A stretch of 62,200 bases of DNA, the filler included. It is 9 parts of 9 records of this genome, joined end to end, with 100 filler letters (N's around TTAATTAATTAA, not from the genome) between each part and the next. Parts side by side here need not be neighbours in the genome. Positions count along the whole stretch, not along the records: positions 44,201 to 51,297 come from SRR7504441_3109; positions 51,398 to 57,813 come from SRR7504441_3120; 7 more parts are not named here. The stretch is one strand, 5' to 3'. Positions 44,515 to 54,511 of this stretch are shown one piece after another. The notes under the pieces were generated by a model, which was not told where the DNA came from, searched no databases, and saw nothing but the letters and a program-made list of their open reading frames with translations. The translations under genes and the position numbers were made by a program. Position 1 is the first letter of the stretch; every line of letters starts with the position of its first letter.

Positions 44515-45570
44515 ATGGCAGGTGCGCTCCCGGTGTCCGCGGCGCTGGCTGACCGCCGGGCAGGAACAACCGACATGCAAAGCAACAACATGCTCATCGA
44601 CAACAACCAGACCGGCGACCTGATTGCGGTCAAAGTGGCCCACGCCGACGACCTCCGCCGGTTCTCGATCGACCGCTCGGCGGCCGACGAGCTCGTGGCC
44701 CGGGCGATCGGGTTCTGGCCCGGACTCGCCGAGCCCCGGGTGAGCTTCCTCGACGACGAGGGCGACCAGATTACTCTGGCCTCCGCGGCCGACATTGCGG
44801 AGGCCGTCTCCGGCGTCCGTCAAGGCCAGACGCTCCGGCTCACCGTCACGGAGGCGGCCGGCCCGGAGCCCGGTTTCTTCCCGATCATGCACGCGCTCTT
44901 CCGGTCGCACGGCAAAGGGAAGGGCAAGGGCGGCAAGGGCGCCAAGCTTGCAACGAAGCTTGGGGTCTCGATGGAAGAGGCCCGTGAGCTGATCGCGATG
45001 GCACACGAGGGCAACGCGGAGGCCAAGAAGGTGGTCCAGGAGGCCCGGGCCGGGATGATGGCCGAAGCGCTTGGGAAGCAACCGGAAGAGATGGCCCAGC
45101 TGATCCAAGCCGCGCACTCTGGCGACCAAGAGGCCCACGAGCAGCTCCGGTCCCTCTGGGCTGAGCATCGGGCCGCCAAGGGCAAGGGCCACAAGGGCCA
45201 CCACGGCAAGGGCTGCCACGGCAAGGGCGAAGGCCACAAGGGCTGCCACGGCAAAGGCAAAGGCCACAAGGGAGGCCACGGCAAGGGCAAAGGCCACAAG
45301 GGCTGCCACGGCAAGGGCAAAGGCTGCCTCGGTGGCAAGGGCAAGCGCCTGGCTGCCGCTGCCGGCATCTCGCTCGACGACGCCCGCGAGCTGATCCGAA
45401 ACGCCAAGGACGGCGACGAGAAGGCGCGTGCCAAGATCCACGAAGTGATTGCTCGGCACGGCGGCGGCCGGTTCGGCGGCCTGTGTCGGCTCCGGCAGCT
45501 CGGCCGGCGAATGGGCTGGGCGCTTCGCTCCGCCTTGGGCCGTCTGTCGGTGAACTCGGACTCGGACTGA
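44515..45570 (+). CDS. PB1-domain protein with helical repeats and G/K/H/C-rich repeats
   Basis: IAVKVAHADDLRRF...SFLDDEGDQITLAS (conserved Lys plus OPCA motif); in-frame intron after ATGGCAG. Confidence 0.8.
   Translation: MAGALPVSAALADRRAGTTDMQSNNMLIDNNQTGDLIAVKVAHADDLRRFSIDRSAADELVARAIGFWPGLAEPRVSFLDDEGDQITLASAADIAEAVSGVRQGQTLRLTVTEAAGPEPGFFPIMHALFRSHGKGKGKGGKGAKLATKLGVSMEEARELIAMAHEGNAEAKKVVQEARAGMMAEALGKQPEEMAQLIQAAHSGDQEAHEQLRSLWAEHRAAKGKGHKGHHGKGCHGKGEGHKGCHGKGKGHKGGHGKGKGHKGCHGKGKGCLGGKGKRLAAAAGISLDDARELIRNAKDGDEKARAKIHEVIARHGGGRFGGLCRLRQLGRRMGWALRSALGRLSVNSDSD
45178..45345 (+). repeat. Imperfect 30-nt coding tandem repeat (GHKGCHGKGK)
   Basis: Read directly, about 5 copies. Confidence 0.9.
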
Positions 45571-45847
45571 GATTTCTTTTTGACTGGCGATGACAAGCAT
45601 TCTACAGAGTCATCATGGCTGGGGAGAGGGGGGCCCCACCGCACACCACAAGACCATATCAGCATTTCCTGACGACCATACAACTGTACACCGGCATGGC
45701 AAGCGTCACTGGCTGGTCTGGCACCCAAGCAAGACACCACGAGACCAAGTACGTTGACAACGATCGAGCGTAATTATCAAGCTAAATAATTTTCATAAAG
45801 TCATCGTGTCACGTAATTTATTTATTCATTTCTACATTTGTCTGGCC

Positions 45848-46593
45848 TCACTCGCCAGCGAATACCTCTGCGTGCGGCAGTCCGGTGCTCGGATGCACAA
45901 CGTCGCCTAGTCTCGCCAGCCCATCGTGCGGCGGATTATTCTCTAGAGTGAACTCCGCATCGATAGCCCCCGCCGCCTCATCCAGCCTATAAAGCAGACA
46001 AGAATCCATAAACAGCGCATTCCCCGGCTCGAGCACGATCCGCTCCAGCTCCAGCCCAGTGTCCTGCATCACCTAACCCCAGCCGCTCACTCCCAGCCGG
46101 CGGGCCGGGTACCGCCACCCGAGCTTGGTCCACCACCGGCCCACTCACCGCCCCTCGGTCCAGCCGACCAGCCTGGTGTGACCCTGGCAGCACGCTGCGC
46201 ACCGCTCCTTCAGCTGGTGAGACCGGCAGCGGCTTGCCTGAGCCGCAGCGGGTTGGGGCCAGTAGGGATTCGAACGCGCAGCATGGCCGGTCGGAGCACG
46301 CCGCAGTAGTACCAACCGCAGTAGTCCTGGCACCAGGCCTCCACAGGCTGCTCGTCTCCGCCATTCAATAGCTCGAGCCGCCGCACCGCCGCCCCCAGCA
46401 GTTGTGCAGCCCCCCCAGCTACCCGCTCGCTCCGCGCCAGCCGCCCGATGGTCGCTGGGTCCAGACGGTCCAACTCCGGCCGGGAGAGCGCTCCGTTGAG
46501 CAGCACGAAGCCCTGGTCCTCGAACTGGCTCACCGCGCCACGCGGGAACGCAAACGCGGCCGCCAGCCCGCGCCGCAGCACAGTCCGGTGCAT
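45848..46593 (-). CDS. PhyH/ectoine-hydroxylase-like dioxygenase homologue, probably inactive
   Basis: FEDQGFVLL, AWCQDYCGWY, VLPGSH, LEPGNALF after GC-AG intron 46195-46237 and a second intron; mitochondrial-presequence-like N-terminus. Confidence 0.7.
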
Positions 46594-46844
46594 TTTTTTG
46601 CGAGAAGTGCCGGTGTTGTGTCCGCTCAAGTTAAGATCTATTGCTCCGTTCCTGGTCAACACCCGTGCACAGCCGTACATCAACGCAACAATAAATTAAC
46701 AATAAATCGCTATGTATTGCGCGCAGTGTTCTCATACTGCTGTGCTATATTTCACAGGCCGATTGCCCTGATTTTAATATACATGTCAAACCCTCGGCTC
46801 ATACACAACGACGGCACGCAACTATCATAAGATGAGTCTGCCAG

Positions 46845-47775
46845 CTACACGTGCAAGCCGAACAGTTGGCGCAGCCCGACAGTCCTCCCCAGCGCGCGCT
46901 TGTCCTCCCCCACGTACCAGTCGCCTTGCTTCATCATCTCCTCACTGCCCATTGGCTGAGCCGGCGGCACTGCAACCTGAGGCATGGACGCTGCCAGCTC
47001 CCGCCGCCTGGCTTCCTCCAAGGCGCGGGCCCGGGCCTGCTGCTCCTCCCGGGCCCTGGCCGCCGCCCTGGCCGCGGCTTCCCGCGCCGCCCGTTGTGCG
47101 GCTTCTCGAGCTGCGATGCCTGCCTGGTCCTGCTCTTTGAACCACTCTTGGCCCTCCTTGTGCACCCAGTCCCGAATCTTGAGCATCTTCGGGCTCTTCG
47201 GGCTGGGCGAGAGCCGGTCCCTGGCGCAGGCCCCCTGGGTGAGCTCGAACAGGATCCATTGCTCCAACTGCAGCACATGCTCGGTCCGGGCCTCCAGCTC
47301 CTTTATGCGATCGTCCTTCCAGCTCGCGTCCTGCGCCCGGGCTCAGGCGCCCCTCCGGACAAAGCCCCGACCTGCCCCCTGTTCGCCCGCAGCTGATCGT
47401 TCTCTTCTCTAAGGCGGTCGTTCTCTTCTCTAAGACGGTCATTCTCTTCCTGGAGCTGCTCGATCTCATCGCTGTCCGCCGTCAGCCCAGCAGGCGGCCG
47501 GGGCCGCACCGGGTGCCTTGTATCTGGCCCTGGCATTCCTTGAGCATCTGCTCGAGCCGCTTGATCTGGGCCCGGCGTTTGCCGCTGGTCTCTTGCTGTA
47601 GCTGTAGGTGCTCGTTGTCGTCCTTGAGGTGCTCGATCTTGATCTTGAGGTCGGCCACTTCGTCGCGCAGCTTCTCCACGCGGAACAGTTCGGCCTTGTC
47701 TATGCTGTTCTGCCGGCTCCGGGGACTGCCCGTCGGCTTGTCGCCCCGAAACCACGGCTCTGACCCCTTCGCCAT
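46845..47775 (-). CDS. Coiled-coil hypothetical protein
   Basis: Two GT-AG introns join three frames; 21-nt repeat EENDRLR x3. Confidence 0.7.
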
Positions 47776-48374
47776 CGTGAACCTGCAAGGGCGCAGATCT
47801 ATAACGGCGTTTCATTCTATAAATAAGAGAATGCATACCGTACTGGAACGATGCCCGGGTTGGTTACGGGTTGGTAGCGGGATATCGCAAGGTGATCAAG
47901 ACACTACATGTTCAAACGTGCCGGCGGTTCGCCCGGAACGCTCGTGACTACATCCATCCGACGGCTCAACGCTCATGATCAGGCATGCCGTACGGGCACG
48001 TGATCTTCATTGAAGCAGATTGAGGAGCAGATCTGTGCGCTTGAGTGCAAGCTCAAACGCAGGTGGGGCCCAGCCTTGTCGATGGCGCAGTCGCGCTGCC
48101 GGGAGGACAGGATCCGGCTCCGGCATGCCGTTCCTAGCGGATGTTGCTGGGCTCGGCTGGTTCCCGGGCTTCATAAGGCCGGGGCTAAACGCGGCCGAAT
48201 TGGGCTTGGGCTGGGACGAGGCCGTCCAACTTTGCAGGCGTGGTCTAGCTCGGGCTGGACTGTCGGTTCATGGACTGGCAAATTACCTCGTGGCCCGCCT
48301 GGAATAGTTCCCTAAAAAACAAAGAGTGGTGAGCACTGAGCCGGCAACAACAACAACTGCCAAGCGTTTCGGAC

Positions 48375-50600
48375 ATGGAGGCTGTGCCCTTGCCGTGGCC
48401 TCCCGAGGAGGAGCCCGGCGAGGGGGACATGGGAGGGTCGTTCGGGGACCTGTACTCGCCCTCGCGCGATGTGCACTCCTTCCTCTCCAACATCAACGAT
48501 CCGGCCGAGGACGAGGCCGCCGTCCTGCTTCCACGCAGCATCTGCCCCGACTCGCAGGCCTGTCCTACGGTCGGGTCTTGCACCGCCCTGCAATGCAGCC
48601 ACCGGTGCAAGACAATCCTGGTCGGGGCGGGCGCGCTGCTCGCTGGGCTGCTCGCGCTCCTCGTGCTGGTCTTGCTTCTGGCGGCGCCGGCGGCAGTCCA
48701 GGCGAGCACCTCCCCCGCGAGCCCCGTCAGTCCGATCCCTGAGCGCCGGCAGCTCTTCGCGCCCGCTCCGCCGCACAGCCCGGGCCAGCTGCGCCAGGAC
48801 GGCTGCGAGTACGCCGCTTCGGCCGCCAGTGACGCCGGTGGCCGGTCTTTATGCGCCGGGGAGTGCGGCCCGGCCCCGAGAGTGGCCGTGGTGCTTGTAG
48901 CCGCGCTGGACGGATCGGAGAGCCTCTTGGAGTCATCCTTGGAGCAGATCCGGTGGAGCGTGCTCGACCCGCTCGATGCTGATTTGTTCGTGGTCTATGA
49001 AGGCTCTGGTGAGAACGAGAGCAACTTCAGGCACGCTTTGGGTGATCTGGATAATGTGGTGAGTCCGGTGCGCAAGCTGCTAGGACAGGGGGAGGCCAGA
49101 CCGCTGTGGGGGCTCGCCGAATACGGGCATGACACAGAGCTGATCCCGAGCCGACTGCAATACCCGGCTGGCCGCCTGCAAACCAGCAAGACGACACAGG
49201 CCGGCATCCCTGCATCTGTAAAGCAATTCGGCAAGCTAAAACTAGCCTGGGAGCTTATCGAGCGCGCGGAGCATCGGGAGCAGACCAAGTATAGCATGGT
49301 CGTCCGGCTGGGCACGGCTGACATCCCGGGCGATGCATGGAAGGTCTGTGCGCGAAGGGATTTTCTGTTGGCTGACCAACCGCGAGTGTTGCACGCGGCA
49401 TCCGAGACTGTTTTCTGGGGCCGGCGGGACGTGATGGAGCTTGTCGCAACAGAGTTTCCGGAACGGGCGATCCCCTTTTACTCGAACTCAGACTTGGAGT
49501 TGGCTCACCTCCCTGTGCGAGTGAGGCCGCATCTTCAGTCGATGCTGTCGCTTCCTCCACACAGCCGAGTGAATGACAGGTTTTATAACAAATTGGCTGG
49601 CCTTCCGGTACCCGATCACGGGATAAACGAGAGCGACCCGAGCTACAGCAAGCTCAAGCCAGCTGCGGCCGCGGCCCTGATCCCTACAGCAAACCTACTT
49701 GCTGCCGCCTCAGCAAGCTCAGTGTTCGTGGACCCAATGTCTAGTCTGAACTCGACCAACGGAGGTCGGCTGTGGGCCTGGCACGGGGGGCAGGGTCAGA
49801 GCTGCCAGGCGAGCTGCTGGCGGCTATTCTCGCCGGAGGTGCACCTCGCGCACTGGTTACTGCTGCAGGGAATCACTATGTGCGACTTGGGAGCCGAGAC
49901 CACACACATGCAATCTGGGTCAGAGCGAATCGAGCGCCCGTCGTTCTCCGGGTGCGTGATGCTGGCGAGCCATGCGCCCGTGGCAGACGGGATAGCGCTT
50001 GCTGTGTCCGAGATAGACCGGAGCCCCATCTCGGCTCAGAGGAGTCCAAGGCGTTGGCAGTGTCGATGCACGATGCAGTCCGCATCGCGATGTGGCGGCC
50101 GCTGTGCTGAAATGCACGATCGAGAGCTAGAATGCTATGGGCATGGCGCGGATCGAAGCAGCTGTTTCAGTGCTGGACATTGCGACCAAGACTTTACTCC
50201 CGAGTATTGTGCTGCACAGCAACACAGCGGAACTGAAGCTTATCTCTACAAAGCAGTAGGGAGCCACTTTTATCTGATTCTGGCGGGGCTTTCAGCGTCA
50301 ATACTCGTGCTGTCGGTTGCGTTTTGCTGCCTGCTGTGGCGGAGCAGGCGACCAACGCACAGTGCAGTAGAGCTCCCGAGAAGTGACCCGGAGGAGCCCA
50401 GCGGCAGCACAAATGCTGACAAGTATCTCTTTGAAGTTGTTGCCAAGAGCAACTCAGCCCGAAAAGAAGTGGACTATTATAGCCCCAGGCTGCGGCCCCG
50501 AGTCGCAGGCAGTCGGACCGTCATGAGTGCGTGGCAGACTGAGCGAGGACGTGCGCTTGCGCGAGAAGCACAACTCTACAAGAATTCGAACAATCTATGA
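48375..50600 (+). CDS. Membrane protein with a glycosyltransferase-like central region and a Cys-rich segment
   Basis: 741-aa ORF with N- and C-terminal TM helices; family only tentatively recognised (QFGKLKLAWELI..YSMVVRL). Confidence 0.6.
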   Translation: MEAVPLPWPPEEEPGEGDMGGSFGDLYSPSRDVHSFLSNINDPAEDEAAVLLPRSICPDSQACPTVGSCTALQCSHRCKTILVGAGALLAGLLALLVLVLLLAAPAAVQASTSPASPVSPIPERRQLFAPAPPHSPGQLRQDGCEYAASAASDAGGRSLCAGECGPAPRVAVVLVAALDGSESLLESSLEQIRWSVLDPLDADLFVVYEGSGENESNFRHALGDLDNVVSPVRKLLGQGEARPLWGLAEYGHDTELIPSRLQYPAGRLQTSKTTQAGIPASVKQFGKLKLAWELIERAEHREQTKYSMVVRLGTADIPGDAWKVCARRDFLLADQPRVLHAASETVFWGRRDVMELVATEFPERAIPFYSNSDLELAHLPVRVRPHLQSMLSLPPHSRVNDRFYNKLAGLPVPDHGINESDPSYSKLKPAAAAALIPTANLLAAASASSVFVDPMSSLNSTNGGRLWAWHGGQGQSCQASCWRLFSPEVHLAHWLLLQGITMCDLGAETTHMQSGSERIERPSFSGCVMLASHAPVADGIALAVSEIDRSPISAQRSPRRWQCRCTMQSASRCGGRCAEMHDRELECYGHGADRSSCFSAGHCDQDFTPEYCAAQQHSGTEAYLYKAVGSHFYLILAGLSASILVLSVAFCCLLWRSRRPTHSAVELPRSDPEEPSGSTNADKYLFEVVAKSNSARKEVDYYSPRLRPRVAGSRTVMSAWQTERGRALAREAQLYKNSNNL

Positions 50601-50872
50601 TATTCACGACATGACGTAAAATTGAGTTGGCGTGTAATTCGTAAGTAAACATCTTGATGCATGCACCATGTACAATAGAACTGATCCAGAGCAAGTTTTC
50701 CTATTTGACGCGCGCTTGCCTAAGTGTTTTTAGTTTACTTCAGCTATGCTTAAGTTATTGTAATCGTACATGATTGTGAACTGATTACTTACTTCGTACC
50801 GCCGCCGGCCGGTCTACCGCCACTCATGTAAGTACTGTAGCTGCGCAGCGTGATCATAAAGACGTCCGCGTC

Positions 50873-51297
50873 TCAAGTGGTCTGACGATGCCGGTGCCAT
50901 ATTCGAAGATACCCATCCTCCGAGACGCTGCCCATCAAGTCACGGCGCGACCGCACCCCGAATACGGCGGTTACGGGCTTCTTGTGCCCGGTGCACTCAT
51001 GCGACGGGTTGAGTTGCGCGTCCCAAGTGCGGAGCACCGGCTCCTTGCCCGCAGTGCAGATCTGCTGAGAGTCCCCAACGAACGTGCACGCATAGATCTC
51101 CTTATCGTGCGCCTGCACGCTCCTGGTGCACTGCATCGTGCGAAGATCGAACTTTTTGAGACTAAGGTCTCGACTCACCGTCACCACTGTCCAACCGTCC
51201 ACCGTCACCTCGGCCACGTCAGACTTGTGCGCCTTCGGAATCACATCCGTCTGCTTGCCCGAGCGCACATCCCACAGCCGGACCGACTTATCGCGCG
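50873..51297 (-). CDS. WD40-repeat protein, 3' part
   Basis: AH..SRDLSLKKFD, AH..VLRTWD and GH..SEDGYLRIW repeats. Confidence 0.85.
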
Positions 51298-51397
51298 NNN
51301 NNNNNNNNNNNNNNNNNNNNNNNNNNNNNNNNNNNNNNNNNTTAATTAATTAANNNNNNNNNNNNNNNNNNNNNNNNNNNNNNNNNNNNNNNNNNNN
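51298..51397. other. Artificial contig linker
   Basis: N44-TTAATTAATTAA-N44. Confidence 0.98.
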
Positions 51398-51556
51398 CCG
51401 TACGTACTCCTACCTCACGTAAACCAATAAATTAATCACCGTACACATGTGGCATAAATACGCAATCTGGACGTCAACTAGACGTCATTCATGAGTACAA
51501 TCATGTAAATAAATTATATTAATGAGTACCAGGTACGAGTACAGTACGTACGAGTA

Positions 51557-52387
51557 TCATAATCCATCACTTTTTGCAGCCTCCCTCGCTTTCATCTCTG
51601 CATACGCATCGTTTGGCATCGCATACTGTCGGATCTGATGACCACCGTCCACATCGAGAACCACACCGGTAGTGAATCGGCTGGTGGCCAGGAAATAGAG
51701 CGCCTCGCCTATCACTGCGGGTTCACCTACCATCTTCAGCGGAAGCGAGTGCGCAGTTGCTTCGAGCATCAGCTGCTTCCTCTCCGGAGCCATGTGGTCA
51801 AACCGTTCAGTGTCTACAAACCCCGGGCCTGCCCCAGCACGTCAGCTCGGCCGAGCGGCTCACTCACAGAGGCAGTTGACGCGCAGCCTTGGGCCGAGCT
51901 CCAGCGCCAGCGAGCGAGTGAGCGCTTCGATCGCACCGTTGGCGCTTCCCAGCGGAGCGCAGTTGAGGCCCGGGCGGCGATTGAGACAGCCGCTCACAAA
52001 CACAATGCTGCCTCCGGGCTTGAGGCATCTGGCGCCATACTTTGCGCAATACCACGGACCCCAAAGCTTGCCCTCAAACAGCTCCTTGACCGCCGCCGTG
52101 TCCAGCGACAGGAACGGCCCGTGCACGGCTCGCCCGAGCGCCGTGACGATCAGTGCATCCACCGTCTCGTCGGCCATCTGTTCAAAGAAGTCCCGGACCG
52201 CGGCCTCATCGGTGTTGTCCAACAGCGCCAGCGTGACCGCCGGCTCAGGCCCGCCGATGTGCGCCTTGGCCGCGGCCAGCTTCTGGTGCGAGCGCGAGCA
52301 GATGGTCACGGTGCCGCCCTGCTCCACCCAGTGCTTTGCAGCAGCCTTGCCCATCCCCGACGAGCCGCCCACCACCACAGCGTGCAT
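51557..52387 (-). CDS. Short-chain dehydrogenase/reductase (atypical active site)
   Basis: VVGGSSGMG; ALELGPRLRVNCLCPGFVDT after intron 51829-51867; TGVVLDVDGG. Confidence 0.9.
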
Positions 52388-52522
52388 CTGGTTCCCCGGT
52401 AGATACCAGAACGTAAAATTCCGTTGAGTTGACAACTGCGCAGCAAGGCAACCCAGCTGCCAGGGGGCTTGAGAGGAGGAGGCCGCGGTGAGCGCCGTGC
52501 ACAGAGGGCTGGGGCGGCGGCG

Positions 52523-54219
52523 ATGAGTGCGCACGACTTCAACAGGTTGTAATAGGTAGCGCCGGCCGGCGAGTCTCGGGGGACAGGCACAGCGCCAACC
52601 TGATGGTGGCCCAGACCCAGGAGTTGTGCCGCGGGCTCCACCAGGCTCGGAAGCTCTTGGCGGCGCAGCCCAAGCAGGGGGGGCACTCACGGTATCCCAA
52701 GCACCGCAGCTGCCGCCAGCTCGAGCGCGCTGCCTGATCCTGGGGTGCAGAGAGGTCTTCAGACTGAGGAGTCAGGGCAGTGCAGGGCTGGTAGCGCCGC
52801 TGGTTGCATCGCCAGCTTAAAGCTTGGCACAGGCGCTGCAGGAGTGCAAGGTCGCGGTGGTGGGCACGGCAGCTCTCGGGCTGCAAGTCACAGAGGGACT
52901 GCTGTGCAGTGGGGTGGGTGAGCTCTGGCCATTCGACCTCAGTGTGGATAATGGGTCAGCCAGAGACATGGCCGTCCTAACTGCTCATATTGTCAGGTCG
53001 GTGACCTTGGTCAAGCCTGAGAGCCGGCGAGCAATACTGGAGATGGCAGAAGCCGCGTCTGCCGTGGCGCGCACTGGACCTGCAGTGGAGCTCAGTGCTG
53101 ACTGCAACTCAGGGGGTGGCATGGCACTGTGGGTGGTCTGCTTACCACCCGAGCGCGAACAGCATATGGACTTGGTGCTATCGGAGCTGATTAAGGTTCC
53201 GAGCTCCGCAGCTGAGATCCTCACTTGTGCGGTTGCAGAGGGAGGGCAAAGTACTCTGTGTACATTGCTCCCAGGATGGCTTGTCTGGCTATGTTCGGCA
53301 AATCAAGTCAGCAGAAGATCTGGTTGAACAGGTACCGAGCAACTTCGGTCATCGAATTATTCCTGACAAATTTTGGCAGGTGCATGCAGCATACACTGGT
53401 GTGGCGAGAGAGAACTCAACCGCACTACCATGGGCCTCCACAACAAATGTGCTGAGCGGACTGGCAATTGAGAGTGCTTTAAGGTATTCTCCGCTTGAGA
53501 GCGCCTGGCTGTTCTGCTCCTTGAAGTTATTCTGTCAGGCTTCTTCTCGATGACGAATCGACACCAATGTTTGTGGGCTATCTGAGAGAGACCGGTAGTG
53601 TGTCTCACTCCATGAATCAAACCGAAAGCGGGCTAGAGGATGAACTGCGCGATACACAAGCTCGCCTCATTAAATTAGAAGAGCAGCTCGAAGAGGCGAA
53701 GGAAGCTAAGTTAGCTGTTCAGAAGGACTCTAGGGATGTCATTGAGCGTGGGGCCACCGTCGAAGCCCGGATAGAAGCTGCACAGGTCAATGAGAAGGCT
53801 GCTCTGTCCCTGCTACTGGCAGATCTCAGAAGTAATCATGGCGCCGCAAACAACCACGAGGCCGCACCGCAGGCGCTGCCTGATGCTGAAGTTGATAAGC
53901 TGCTCCGAGATGCAACAGCATGGATTCAGGATACAGATGCACTCAAATTGTATGAGAACTCAGGCCACATCAAAGATCCGATCAATGCAGCATTTTATCA
54001 TATGCTCCGCAAGCAATCTAAGCTCTTTGAGGTTTGTCATGCTGGTATAAGCTATACTGATGGCAGTTGTTTTAGGAGCAATTGGATAAACTGCTCGTGG
54101 TGGCATCAACTCAGCAACAAGCTTACGAAACCGAGTTGCAAGCTCAGCGGCAGAGAATTGTCGACCTTGAAGCTATCCTGAACGAAGCACAGAGTGTCTG
54201 CTTGAGCAAGCCAGAATGA
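52523..54219 (+). CDS. Degenerate ThiF/UBA5-like E1-fold protein with C-terminal coiled coil (multi-intron)
   Basis: KVAVVGTAALGLQVTEGLLCSGVGELWPFD, CSQDGLSGYV, STTNVLSGLAIESALRLLL..MFVGY parallel UBA5 segments; introns link the ORFs at 52824, 53227 and 53567. Confidence 0.5.
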
Positions 54220-54511
54220 TTTTAGTTGTTGTTTGCATGAATGAGATGTGAGGCGTGGCTGTAGAATGGCTGCTCACATTGTATATCTAATGTTAGAGTA
54301 CATGCGCTAATAGATACAAGGATAGATTGGGCAAGATCAAAGGAATGAGGATTAAAAAATGTACATATCTCAGTATAGCAATTAACCAAGCACAGTGACA
54401 CTGATCACTATGTTAATAGAGATTTTATCCTTCTAATCGATCAATAATCCTAAACTGCTACTACAATATCATGTACATACACTAGATCTAAGTACTTGGA
54501 AGCCTCTAGAC

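Noticed and set aside
47960-48315. Short ORFs between 47775 and 48375
   Set aside because: No convincing start, motif or consistent splice model
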